Origin: an uncultured Gammaproteobacteria bacterium
Lineage (GTDB): Bacteria > Patescibacteriota > Patescibacteriia > SBBC01 > CAIJZX01
NCBI GenBank assembly: GCA_964397195.1
Contig: CAYNGY010000002.1
Span: 37,239-101,238, forward strand
DNA: 64,000 bases
Direction: 5' to 3'
Part shown: positions 1-9,394 of the stretch, piece after piece
How positions within the stretch are numbered: position 1 is the stretch's first letter
How the letters are laid out: every line of letters starts with the position of its first letter
Made by a program: the position numbers and the translations under genes
The notes under the pieces: generated by a model
Seen by the model: only the letters and a program-made list of their open reading frames with translations
Told to the model about the DNA's origin: nothing
The model's database searches: none

Positions 1-2
1 CC

Positions 3-395
3 CTCCGTAGCCTCTATGCGTCACTGAAAGAAGCGGGCGCGGCGCGCATTATCGCCGTCTTCGGTGCGGCGGGTGGAGGACGCGACCACTGGAAGCGACC
101 GGAGCTCGGGAAAATTGCGAGTGAATTCGCGGCCAGTATTATTCTCACGAGTGAAGACCCGTTTGACGAGAGCCCGGCCGCGATTGCTGATGATATTCGG
201 CAGGGGATAGACAACGGCGTGCCGACGGAGGTGATCGTTGATCGAAAAGCGGCGATTGCGAGCGCCATTCAGATGGCTCAGCCGGGGGACGTGATTGCGC
301 TGACGGGGATGGGCTCGGAGACGACGATGAATGTCGCTGGTGGTCAGAAGGTTGCGTGGAGTGATCGGGCGATTGTTGAATCGCTGGTGGCATGA
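3..395 (+). CDS. Mur ligase family protein, C-terminal domain only (5' truncated by window edge). MurE/MurF-like.
   Basis: Frame-0 ORF running off the left edge and ending at TGA 393-395. The translation ends with ...GDVIALTGMGSETTMNVAGGQKVAWSDRAIVESLVA, typical of the Mur ligase C-terminal domain. Its stop overlaps the def start (ATGA). Confidence 0.55.
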   Translation, partial: LRSLYASLKEAGAARIIAVFGAAGGGRDHWKRPELGKIASEFAASIILTSEDPFDESPAAIADDIRQGIDNGVPTEVIVDRKAAIASAIQMAQPGDVIALTGMGSETTMNVAGGQKVAWSDRAIVESLVA

Positions 396-925
396 GCATC
401 CGACCCGTTTCTCAAATTGGTGACAAGGTTATTCGGGCCAAGGCGAAGCCGGTGGCGGTGCGTGCCGCGCGAACAAAGCGGATCGTCGCCGACTTAGTTT
501 CAACCATGCGGAAGCATAATCTCGTCGGCATGGCCGCGCCACAAATTGGCGAGGGTGCGCGGATCTTTGTCACGGAGCTCCGGAAAACGAAGTTTCGAAA
601 GTCACTGCGCGATATTGATCCATTGCGCGTGTTTATTAATCCGCGCATTATCCGTCGTTCTCAGGCGATGTCAGTGGGAATGGAAGGGTGTGGGAGTGTG
701 GCTGAAGCGGGACTTTTTGGGCCCGTGCGACGTCATGCCTCTGTCACCATCGTGGCTACTGATACTGATGGCAGGCTATTCCGTTTCGTTGCCACTGGTT
801 TCCTCGCTCGCGTCATTCAACACGAATACGATCATTTGAACGGCGTGGTTATCCTTGATCGGTTTACGGATACGCGGCAGGTGCTTGATATGGCTTCCTA
901 CATTCGAAAACCGAAGACGCGATGA
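392..925 (+). CDS. def: peptide deformylase
   Basis: 177-aa ORF with the three deformylase motifs: GMAAPQIG (GxGxAAxQ), EGCGSV (EGCLS-like) and QHEYDHLNG (HExxH metal site). Confidence 0.9.
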   Translation: MSIRPVSQIGDKVIRAKAKPVAVRAARTKRIVADLVSTMRKHNLVGMAAPQIGEGARIFVTELRKTKFRKSLRDIDPLRVFINPRIIRRSQAMSVGMEGCGSVAEAGLFGPVRRHASVTIVATDTDGRLFRFVATGFLARVIQHEYDHLNGVVILDRFTDTRQVLDMASYIRKPKTR

Positions 926-1485
926 AGCGTATGCGCTTGGGCTGGAAAAAACTCCGGGAACGATCCATCCGGATTAACAAATGGCGGTCGATGAAGGAGA
1001 AACGTTTCCGGCTGCCGAATGGTCGGAAGATTGATTTTTATGTTCATGATGGGCAGGACATTGTTTGTACATTGGTGATCGATACGGATGGGCGCGTGGT
1101 GATCGCGAAGCAATTTCGACCCGGTCCGGAAAAAATTATGACTGAAATGCCGGGTGGTGGAGTGGATGAAGGGGAGACGCCGCGCGCGGCTGCGATTCGT
1201 GAGGTGCGCGAAGAAACCGGATATGTGGGGAAGGCGGTGAATCTGGGAACGACGCCGGAAGATGGTTGGTCCGAAAAAAAGCGCCATCATTTTTTGATGA
1301 CCGAGTCTCGTCGGGTGGGGGACTCCACGCCTGATGACAACGAGGCAATCGAGGTGGAAACCGTCTCAATGAAAAAGTTTCTGAAGTTGGTGCATCGCGG
1401 ACATCTTTCGGATTTTGAAACGGCAATTCGGGGGTTGATGTACCTTAGTGTGCTCACCGGGCTACCGAAAAAGAAGGGGAAATAG
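922..1485 (+). CDS. NUDIX hydrolase (ADP-ribose pyrophosphatase-like)
   Basis: Nudix box GGGVDEGETPRAAAIREVREETGY (GX5EX7REUXEEXGU). ATGA overlap with the def stop. Confidence 0.85.
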   Translation: MKRMRLGWKKLRERSIRINKWRSMKEKRFRLPNGRKIDFYVHDGQDIVCTLVIDTDGRVVIAKQFRPGPEKIMTEMPGGGVDEGETPRAAAIREVREETGYVGKAVNLGTTPEDGWSEKKRHHFLMTESRRVGDSTPDDNEAIEVETVSMKKFLKLVHRGHLSDFETAIRGLMYLSVLTGLPKKKGK

Positions 1486-1756
1486 GCTTTTCTCTAATCT
1501 TAGCCAATATTCCGGGACGAGACCGATCTCGGCCCAACCTTTTATTACAGCAAGTGAAACTGAAGAATCGCTGAATTACTCGTTTTTGTGGCTAATATTA
1601 GCCATCTTTTATTGGCCGGTGGTAAATGAATATTTGACTGTGGAGTAGACCGGGACAAGATTGGGGACAAACGAGTGGAAAAGTAGGGCTCGGGCGGGTG
1701 ATTAACCCCATATTTGCGCTAATATTAAGGGATTTGACAATAATTGGGGTTTAGTC

Positions 1757-1785
1757 TTGACCTAGTAAGGCAAAGATGGTACTCT
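1757..1785 (+). promoter_or_regulatory. putative sigma-70 promoter for rpoB-rpoC (TTGACC-N17-TACTCT, TGg extended -10)
   Basis: -35 TTGACC at 1757-1762, 17-nt spacer, -10 TACTCT at 1780-1785 preceded by TGg. It sits about 140 nt upstream of the rpoB ATG. The leader contains hairpin GCCAAct-cctt-TTGGC near 1810-1827. Confidence 0.4.
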
Positions 1786-1928
1786 CGGCAGGCGTATTTT
1801 TACGAAACTAGCCAACTCCTTTTGGCCATACTCTCCGCTCTAAAGCGGATTCAAAACGCCTTCGGGCGTTAGTTCCATCAGCCTCCCTCCCCGTTGAACC
1901 CGACGGAAGGGGTAATTCGTGTCCTCGC

Positions 1929-4900
1929 ATGCCGACTACCGCCTTGCGGACGCAGACGCGTCGCTACTTCACGGATATCGTCGACGCTGCGCCACTCCCG
2001 GATCTCATTGAGATTCAGAAGCGCAGTTACGACTGGTTTTTCCGGGAAGGTCTAAAAGAACTGTTCGAGGAGATCTCTCCGGTCAAGGACTTCATCGGTC
2101 GGGACCTGGAACTCTCATTTCTCGACTATTACCTGGACGAACCGAAGTTCGATGAGGTGACAGCCAAGAATAAGAACGTGACCTACGAAGCGGCATTACG
2201 GGTTCAAGTCCGCTTGGTCAACAAGAAAACTGGCGAAATTAAGGAACAAGAAATTTATCTTGGCGATTTTCCGTTGATGACCGATCGCGGAACGTTCATC
2301 ATTAACGGGATTGAACGCGTCGTCGTTAGCCAGTTGATTCGCTCAGCTGGTGTTTTTTTCACGGTCGAGAATATTCGGGGCCGCCGCTACTACGGGGCGA
2401 AGATTATTCCGAACCGTGGCGCCTGGCTTGAAATTGAAACCGATCCAAACGGTGTTCTGACCGTTAAAATTGATCGCAAACGGAAAGTGCCGATCTCGTC
2501 ATTCCTCCGCGCTTTCGGCTACGGTAGCGACCAGGAAATTTTCGATCTCTTTAAAGACAGCGATACCGGCCCGATTAAATATATCGAAGCGACGGTGGCG
2601 AAAGATGCGGCTAAGGACGAGGCCGAAGGGTTAAAAGAAGTCTACAAGCGTATCCGCCCGGGCGACCTGGCCACGATTGATAACGCTCGTGACTTGATCC
2701 ATAAAATGTTTTTCTCGTTTGATCGCTACGACTTCGGTCGCGTCGGTCGATACAAACTGAATATTCGGTTCGGTTTCGATCAGCCGAATACGAAAGAAAC
2801 CCGCGTCCTCCAGCGAGCGGACGTTGTTTCCATTGTCAAAGAAGTCATCCGGCTCAACAACACTCAGTCGCCGGAAGATGATATCGATCACCTCGGGAAC
2901 CGTCGCGTCCGGGCAATCGGCGAACTCGTCCAGAATAAGTTCCGTGTCGGTCTGGCCCGAATGGAGCGCATCATCAAGGATCGCATGTCGACCCTCGATA
3001 TTAATACCCTGACCCCGAACCAGCTGATTAACGCGCGGCCGGTCATTGGCGCCATCAAGGAGTTCTTTATGAGCTCCCAGTTGTCGCAATTCATGGACCA
3101 GAACAATCCGTTGGCGGAGCTTGAGCACAAACGCCGACTATCAGCGATGGGCCCGGGCGGCTTGTCACGTGAGCGCGCCGGATTTGAAGTTCGTGACGTG
3201 CACCGCACGCACTACGGCCGCATCTGTCCGATTGCGACCCCAGAAGGACCGAACATCGGTCTGGTCGGTCACTTAGCCTCGTATGCTCGGGTCAATGATT
3301 ACGGATTTATTGAAACGCCGTTCCGCAAGGTCGTTCATGATGTTCCGAATGATGGCCAGTCCGCCATTGGCGAAATTGCGCGTGAAGATCTCGGCGGTGT
3401 CGTCAAAGAAGGCGAGACCATCTCAGCCGCCCACGCCAAGCAGTTAAAGACCCTCGAACTCAAAACTATTGCGGTCAAACCGCGAGCGACGAAAGAAGTC
3501 GTCTACCTCGATGCCTTCACCGAAGAGCGTCACTGTACGTCGGCGGCGACGGTGCCAGTTGATGAAAAAGGATACTTCCTCGTCGAAACCGTTGAAGGTC
3601 GGCGTCATGGTGAGCCGACTATCTTCCCGGTCGTAGAAATTGATTTCCTCGATGTATCCGCGAAACAGATTGTTTCGATCGCGACGGCGCTCATTCCGTT
3701 CCTCGAACATGACGACGCGGTTCGCGCGTTGATGGGCACAAACATGCAACGCCAAGCGGTCTGCTGCATTAAGCCACAAGCGCCGATTGTCGGGACGGGT
3801 GTTGAAGAGCGCGCAGCGAAAGACTCCGGACAGGTCGTCCTCGCCCAGAAGGCGGGAACGGTCATGCGGTCGCAAGCAAGCGAAATTCAGATTCAGGAAG
3901 AGGACGGTAACATTCGTATCTACCCGTTGCGAAACTTCTTCCGTTCAAACGCCTCAACCTCGATTAACCAAAAAGCCGCGGTGGTGCCGGGACAGAAAGT
4001 CGCGCAAGGCGACCTCTTGGCCGACGGTGCAGCTACGGAAAACGGCGAACTCGCCCTTGGTCAGAACTTGGTGGTGGCCTTCATTGCTTGGGAGGGCGGT
4101 AACTACGAAGACGCCATCCTGATTTCGGAGCGCGTCGTCCAAGACGATCGTTACACCTCCATCCACATTGAAGATTACGTCATCGATGTCCGCGATACGA
4201 AGCTTGGTGCGGAAGTCGTGACCCGTGACATCCCGAATATTTCCGAGGACAAACTGAAAGACCTTGATGAAGAGGGCGTCGTCCGAATCGGTGCCGAAGT
4301 TTCTTCCGGTGATATCCTCGTCGGGAAAATCACCCCGAAAGGTGAAACAGAGTTGTCGGCGGAAGAAAAGTTACTCCGCGCGATCTTCGGTGAAAAAGCC
4401 AAGGACGTGAAAGACTCGTCGCTGTACCTCGAGCACGGTGAGCACGGCAAGGTTGTTGATATTAAAGTCTTCTCCCGCGAGAAGGGCGATAAATTGCCGG
4501 CCGGCGTGATTAAGCAGATTCAGGTCTCGGTTGCCCAGCTCCGCAAAATCCAAGTTGGTGACAAGATGGCCGGACGTCACGGGAACAAAGGCGTGATCTC
4601 GCGAATCGTGGCGGTTGAAGATATGCCGTATCTCGAAGATGGAACACCGGTTGATATTGTCTTGAACCCGCTCGGTATTGCGTCACGTATGAACCTTGGG
4701 CAGGTGCTCGAAGTTCATCTCGGCATTGCCGCCAAGCGCCTTGGGTTCAAAGTCGCAACACCAGTCCTCGACGGGGTGGCGGAAAAGACGATTAAAGAAC
4801 TACTCGTCGAATCCGGCTTACCGGAAACCGGGAAGATGACGGTTATTAATGGCATGAGCGGCAAGCCGTTTGATATGCCTGTGACCGTTGGGGTGATGTA

Positions 4901-5345
4901 TATCTTGAAACTCAACCACTTGGTGGAAGACAAGATTCACCAGCGCTCGATTGGTCCATACTCACTCGTGACCCAGCAGCCGCTCGGCGGAAAAGCCCAG
5001 TTTGGTGGCCAACGGTTTGGTGAAATGGAAGTTTGGGCCCTTGAAGCGTACGGTGCGGCTCATATTCTCCAGGAAGTTCTGACCATTAAGTCTGATGATG
5101 TCTCCGGACGATCAAAGGCGTACGAGTCAGTCATTAAGGGCGAGCCAATTCGCCGCCTGAATGTTCCGGAATCATTCAACGTTCTCGTTCGTGAATTAAA
5201 GGGATTAGGATTGGAAGTTGAACTGATCGGGGCCGAAGTGGCGCCGGAAGAAGACGATCGTCCACCACGTCCAACGTCTCTCCCCGAGTCGCTGCCTGTC
5301 GAACCGGCGACGGAATCTGATCAAAAGATGATCGCGGAAGCCTAA
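1929..5345 (+). CDS. rpoB: DNA-directed RNA polymerase subunit beta
   Basis: 1138-aa ORF with unmistakable RpoB sequence throughout (e.g. GDKMAGRHGNKGV, NLGQVLEVHLG, GGQRFGEMEVWALEAYGAA). Confidence 0.97.
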   Translation: MPTTALRTQTRRYFTDIVDAAPLPDLIEIQKRSYDWFFREGLKELFEEISPVKDFIGRDLELSFLDYYLDEPKFDEVTAKNKNVTYEAALRVQVRLVNKKTGEIKEQEIYLGDFPLMTDRGTFIINGIERVVVSQLIRSAGVFFTVENIRGRRYYGAKIIPNRGAWLEIETDPNGVLTVKIDRKRKVPISSFLRAFGYGSDQEIFDLFKDSDTGPIKYIEATVAKDAAKDEAEGLKEVYKRIRPGDLATIDNARDLIHKMFFSFDRYDFGRVGRYKLNIRFGFDQPNTKETRVLQRADVVSIVKEVIRLNNTQSPEDDIDHLGNRRVRAIGELVQNKFRVGLARMERIIKDRMSTLDINTLTPNQLINARPVIGAIKEFFMSSQLSQFMDQNNPLAELEHKRRLSAMGPGGLSRERAGFEVRDVHRTHYGRICPIATPEGPNIGLVGHLASYARVNDYGFIETPFRKVVHDVPNDGQSAIGEIAREDLGGVVKEGETISAAHAKQLKTLELKTIAVKPRATKEVVYLDAFTEERHCTSAATVPVDEKGYFLVETVEGRRHGEPTIFPVVEIDFLDVSAKQIVSIATALIPFLEHDDAVRALMGTNMQRQAVCCIKPQAPIVGTGVEERAAKDSGQVVLAQKAGTVMRSQASEIQIQEEDGNIRIYPLRNFFRSNASTSINQKAAVVPGQKVAQGDLLADGAATENGELALGQNLVVAFIAWEGGNYEDAILISERVVQDDRYTSIHIEDYVIDVRDTKLGAEVVTRDIPNISEDKLKDLDEEGVVRIGAEVSSGDILVGKITPKGETELSAEEKLLRAIFGEKAKDVKDSSLYLEHGEHGKVVDIKVFSREKGDKLPAGVIKQIQVSVAQLRKIQVGDKMAGRHGNKGVISRIVAVEDMPYLEDGTPVDIVLNPLGIASRMNLGQVLEVHLGIAAKRLGFKVATPVLDGVAEKTIKELLVESGLPETGKMTVINGMSGKPFDMPVTVGVMYILKLNHLVEDKIHQRSIGPYSLVTQQPLGGKAQFGGQRFGEMEVWALEAYGAAHILQEVLTIKSDDVSGRSKAYESVIKGEPIRRLNVPESFNVLVRELKGLGLEVELIGAEVAPEEDDRPPRPTSLPESLPVEPATESDQKMIAEA

Positions 5346-5349
5346 TCGT

Positions 5350-8300
5350 ATGCCATTCGAAGAACTCCACGCCGTCAATTTCAAAGCGATTAAACTCCGC
5401 GTTGCCTCCCCGGAAGATATTCACCGCTGGTCGTATGGTGAGGTGACCAAACCGGAAACTATTAACTACCGCACGCAAAAACCGGAAAAATCCGGGCTCT
5501 TTGCCGAAGAAATCTTCGGACCGTCAAAGGACTGGGAATGTTTCTGTGGGAAGTACAAGCGCATCCGTTACAAGGGGATTATCTGTGATAAGTGCGGTGT
5601 CGAAGTCACTCGCTCGGTTGTTCGCCGTGAACGCATGGGCCACATCGACCTCTCGGCGCCGGTCTCACATATCTGGTTCCTGCGTGGCGTTCCGTCCAAG
5701 ATCGGCTTAATGCTCGATCTCGGGGTGCAAGATCTTGAAAAAGTCATCTACTTTGCCAATTTCATTATCACCCGAGTTGATGATGGCCTGCGCGAAGAAA
5801 CTCTGCACCAGCTGAATTCAGAATACGAAGCGAAGAAGAAGCAGATTGAGAATGAAGCGCATCAGAAATCGAACACCCTGAAGCAACAGGTTGGTTCAGC
5901 GACAGACGAGCAGAAGACCGCGATTGAACAGGAACTGACGAATGTCGCGACGATTAAGCAGGAACAGCTCGATCGTCTCGATCAAGCGGTCGAAAGCGCG
6001 CGAGGCGAATTGAAGAGCCTAGCGCCGATGCAGATTCTGACTGAGCAGGCGTATCAAGACCTATCCCTCAAGTACGGCCATGTCTTTGAAGCCTCGATTG
6101 GTGCGGAAGCGGTCCGACATCTCCTCGAAAAAATCGATCTCGACACGGTGATTGCCGATCTGGAAGAAGAGATTACCGAAGCGACTGAGGCGAAACAACG
6201 CCGTCTCATTCGCCGTCTGCGCTTGGCCAAGAACCTCAAGCAGAACAATATCCGACCGGAATGGATGATTCTAACCGCGGTGCCGATTATCCCGCCGGAC
6301 TTGCGACCGATGGTCCAACTCGACGGTGGGCGATTTGCGACGTCGGATTTGAATGATCTCTACCGCCGGGTGATCAACCGCAATAATCGCTTAAAGCGGT
6401 TACTCGAATTGAATGCGCCGGAAGTGATTACGCGCAACGAAAAGCGCATGCTCCAAGAGGCGGTTGACGCCTTGATCGACAACGGTGCGCGTCACGGAAA
6501 AACCGTGACGGCTTCGACCGGTCAGAAACGTATGCTGCGTTCGATCGCGGATATGTTGAAAGGGAAGCAGGGTCGGTTCCGGCAAAACTTGCTTGGGAAG
6601 CGCGTCGACTACTCCGGACGTTCCGTAATCGTCATTGGTCCATACTTGAAGCTCGACCAATGTGGTTTACCGAAACGGATGGCTCTCGAGCTTTTCCGAC
6701 CGTTCGTCATCTCACACTTGATTAAGCGAGAACTCGTCCACAACGTCCGCTCAGCCGGCCGATATATCGAAGCCGGTCATGCCGAAGTTTGGGATATTCT
6801 TGAAGAGGTGACGAAGACCGCGACGGTCTTCCTCAACCGCGCTCCAACCCTGCACCGCCTCGGTATCCAGTCGTTCCGACCGATCCTGATTGAAGGAAAG
6901 GCGATTCAGGTTCACCCGTTGGTCTGTACGGCGTTCAACGCAGACTTCGACGGTGACCAAATGGCCGTCCACGTCCCGTTGACGGAACAGGCGAAGTGGG
7001 AATCGGAGAACTTGATGATGTCGACGAAGAACCTGTTGAAACCGGCGACTGGTCAGCCGATCGTGACCCCGAACATGGACATTGTTCTCGGCTGTTACTA
7101 CATGACCCAAATTGGACCCGGCAAGCCGTTCGTCTTTACTGATCCGGAAGAAGCGGTCTTAGCCTATGAAGCCGGACACATCGGCATTCAAACCGCGGTC
7201 AAAGTCCGCATCGGTGATGAAACGCATGAAACGACCGTTGGGCGCGTGCTCTTCAATCGGATTGTGCCGACTGAATTCGGGTATTTGAACGAGAGCATGG
7301 ACAAGAAAGGGCTGGCGGCACTGGTGTCCCGAACGCTGACGGAGCTCGGGTCGGATCGGACCGTTTCCTTCCTCGACGATTTGAAGAACTTCGGGTTCAA
7401 GTACGTCACCCAGTCCGGAATTTCATGGGGGAGCAGTGACCTTGAGGTCCCGGCCATTAAACCAGCGGTTCTGAAAGCGGCAGAAGAAAAGGTCCTCGAG
7501 ATCCAAGCGGCCTACGATAGCGGTCTCTTAACCGATCTGGAACGACGCGCTCGAGTTGTGGCCGTCTGGTCGACCGCAAAAGATGAAATTCAATCAGCAT
7601 CGAAGGAATTGCTCGACCCGCTCGGTCCGGTCTACATGATGATTAACTCCGGCGCTCGTGGTTCATGGGCCCAAACGACCCAGATGATGGGTATGAAGGG
7701 GCTCGTGATTAACCCGGCCGGTCAGGTCATTGAATTGCCCGTCAAGGCAAGCTTCAAAGAAGGATTGAACGTTCTCGAATACTTCGTTTCGACTCACGGT
7801 ACCCGCAAAGGTCTGACTGACACCGCCTTGAAGACCGCGTCAGCCGGGTACCTAACTCGTCGTCTCGTTGATGTTTCGCAGGATATTGTGGTCAACATTG
7901 AAGATTGTGGCGACGATCAAGGCTTCGTCATCACCAAAGACGAGAGCGAGGCCATGGGCGTTGAGATCGCGGATCGCATCGTCGGTCGGACACTCGTCAA
8001 AGACCTCGTTGATCAGAAGGGCAAAGTGCTCTTCACGGCCGGCACGCTCGTCACACCACGTGATGGAAAGGCGATTCGTGCGGCGGATGTCGTCGAAGCA
8101 ACTATTCGTTCCCTCCTGACCTGCCAAGCACCACGCGGCGTCTGCCAGAAGTGCTACGGGTATGATCTCGGGAAAAACGAGCCGGTTCGTCCGGGGACTG
8201 CGGTCGGTATTATCGCCGCGCAATCAATCGGTGAGCCGGGTACCCAGTTGACCATGAAGACGTTCCACATGGGTGGCGCGGCGTCAGCGGCCGACATTAC

Positions 8301-9228
8301 CCAAGGTCTCCCACGTGTTGAAGAGCTCTTCGAAGCGCGTCCGGTGAAAATGCCGGCGATCCTCTCCGATGTAGCCGGTCGGGTGAAAGTTGAGTATGCC
8401 GCCGACCACAAAGTCATTACCATCGAATACCAAGCTTCAGGCCATGATGACTACGATTTCCCGGCTAAGCGCGGGAAGAAGAAGGTTGAGGTCGTTGTAA
8501 CCGACGGCGCAACCGTGAAAGAAGGCGAAGTCCTCTTCACCTTCGGTGAAAAGAAGACAACCGCTGAACGTCCGGGCCTCGTCAAAGTGACCGACGATAC
8601 GGTGACTGTTCACTACGATCATGCCTCGACTCGCAGCATCCCGGTTCCGCCGAACATTCAACTTCGAGTGAAAGATGGCGACCTCGTAGCGCCGGGGACG
8701 GTCCTGACGGAGGGCAGCGTCAACTTGCAGGAACTGTTCGTGCTCCGTGGCCGTGAAGCGGTCCAGAAGTACGTCATTAAAGAAATCCAGTTCATCTATT
8801 CCTCGCAAGGCCAATATCTGAACGACAAGCACATCGAAATCATTGTGCGCCAGATGTTCTCCCGCGCCTATGTCCAATCGGTCGGCAATAGTCAGCTGAT
8901 TGCTGGTGAAGTCGTCGATCGGATTATGGCCGAGAAACTCGGTCGTGACTTGGTGGCGAAGAAGAAGACTGCGCCAGAGATTACACCACTCCTCCTCGGG
9001 GTAACGAAGTCGTCACTGGCGACGGAATCATGGCTCTCGGCAGCTTCGTTCCAAGAAACCGCCCGAGTCTTAATTGATGCGGCGGTGACTGGACGGGTTG
9101 ACTCGCTCCGCGGATTAAAGGAAAACGTGATTATCGGTAAGCTCATTCCGGCCGGAACCGGATTCGAGTCTCGCCAACAAGATACCGTCGTGACGCCGGC
9201 TGACGTCGTCAGCGTCCCAGCGGACTAA
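5350..9228 (+). CDS. rpoC: DNA-directed RNA polymerase subunit beta'
   Basis: 1292-aa ORF. N-terminal zinc motif [23 protein letters not shown], catalytic [12 protein letters not shown], and C-terminal trigger loop/clamp regions. It starts 5 nt after the rpoB stop. Confidence 0.97.
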   Translation: MPFEELHAVNFKAIKLRVASPEDIHRWSYGEVTKPETINYRTQKPEKSGLFAEEIFGPSKDWECFCGKYKRIRYKGIICDKCGVEVTRSVVRRERMGHIDLSAPVSHIWFLRGVPSKIGLMLDLGVQDLEKVIYFANFIITRVDDGLREETLHQLNSEYEAKKKQIENEAHQKSNTLKQQVGSATDEQKTAIEQELTNVATIKQEQLDRLDQAVESARGELKSLAPMQILTEQAYQDLSLKYGHVFEASIGAEAVRHLLEKIDLDTVIADLEEEITEATEAKQRRLIRRLRLAKNLKQNNIRPEWMILTAVPIIPPDLRPMVQLDGGRFATSDLNDLYRRVINRNNRLKRLLELNAPEVITRNEKRMLQEAVDALIDNGARHGKTVTASTGQKRMLRSIADMLKGKQGRFRQNLLGKRVDYSGRSVIVIGPYLKLDQCGLPKRMALELFRPFVISHLIKRELVHNVRSAGRYIEAGHAEVWDILEEVTKTATVFLNRAPTLHRLGIQSFRPILIEGKAIQVHPLVCTAFNADFDGDQMAVHVPLTEQAKWESENLMMSTKNLLKPATGQPIVTPNMDIVLGCYYMTQIGPGKPFVFTDPEEAVLAYEAGHIGIQTAVKVRIGDETHETTVGRVLFNRIVPTEFGYLNESMDKKGLAALVSRTLTELGSDRTVSFLDDLKNFGFKYVTQSGISWGSSDLEVPAIKPAVLKAAEEKVLEIQAAYDSGLLTDLERRARVVAVWSTAKDEIQSASKELLDPLGPVYMMINSGARGSWAQTTQMMGMKGLVINPAGQVIELPVKASFKEGLNVLEYFVSTHGTRKGLTDTALKTASAGYLTRRLVDVSQDIVVNIEDCGDDQGFVITKDESEAMGVEIADRIVGRTLVKDLVDQKGKVLFTAGTLVTPRDGKAIRAADVVEATIRSLLTCQAPRGVCQKCYGYDLGKNEPVRPGTAVGIIAAQSIGEPGTQLTMKTFHMGGAASAADITQGLPRVEELFEARPVKMPAILSDVAGRVKVEYAADHKVITIEYQASGHDDYDFPAKRGKKKVEVVVTDGATVKEGEVLFTFGEKKTTAERPGLVKVTDDTVTVHYDHASTRSIPVPPNIQLRVKDGDLVAPGTVLTEGSVNLQELFVLRGREAVQKYVIKEIQFIYSSQGQYLNDKHIEIIVRQMFSRAYVQSVGNSQLIAGEVVDRIMAEKLGRDLVAKKKTAPEITPLLLGVTKSSLATESWLSAASFQETARVLIDAAVTGRVDSLRGLKENVIIGKLIPAGTGFESRQQDTVVTPADVVSVPAD

Positions 9229-9245
9229 CACCGTTTTCGTTCCAA

Positions 9246-9279
9246 CGCCCCCGCACCATCTGGTGCGGGGGCGTTTGGT
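9246..9279 (+). terminator. rho-independent terminator after rpoC
   Basis: Perfect 12-bp stem CGCCCCCGCACC / GGTGCGGGGGCG (9246-9257 / 9262-9273) with loop ATCT, followed by TTTGG. Confidence 0.7.
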
Positions 9280-9354
9280 CTGTAACCAGGTTCGACGTTC
9301 ATATTGAATGGAATGATGGCTAGCCAGATTTTGGCTGAAATTGGGGAAAAACAC

Positions 9355-9383
9355 TTGTCGAAGGGCGAAAAAAATGGTATACT
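9355..9383 (+). promoter_or_regulatory. putative promoter of ftsK (TTGTCG-N17-TATACT, TGg extended -10), near-leaderless
   Basis: -35 TTGTCG at 9355-9360, 17-nt spacer, -10 TATACT at 9378-9383 preceded by aTGg. The in-frame ATG at 9395 lies only 11 nt downstream and has no SD. Confidence 0.5.
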
Positions 9384-9394
9384 CATTATCACCT

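Noticed and set aside
2631-3208. Minus-strand ORFs of 100-165 aa inside rpoB, and similar ones inside rpoC, ftsK, uvrA and groEL
   Set aside because: They are embedded antisense in highly conserved genes. They are shadow ORFs common in GC-rich DNA.
9341-9394. Longer N-terminal extension of ftsK (MGKNTCRRAKKMVYSLSP...)
   Set aside because: The extension would start inside the promoter -35/-10 elements. The ATG at 9395 just downstream of the -10 is more plausible.
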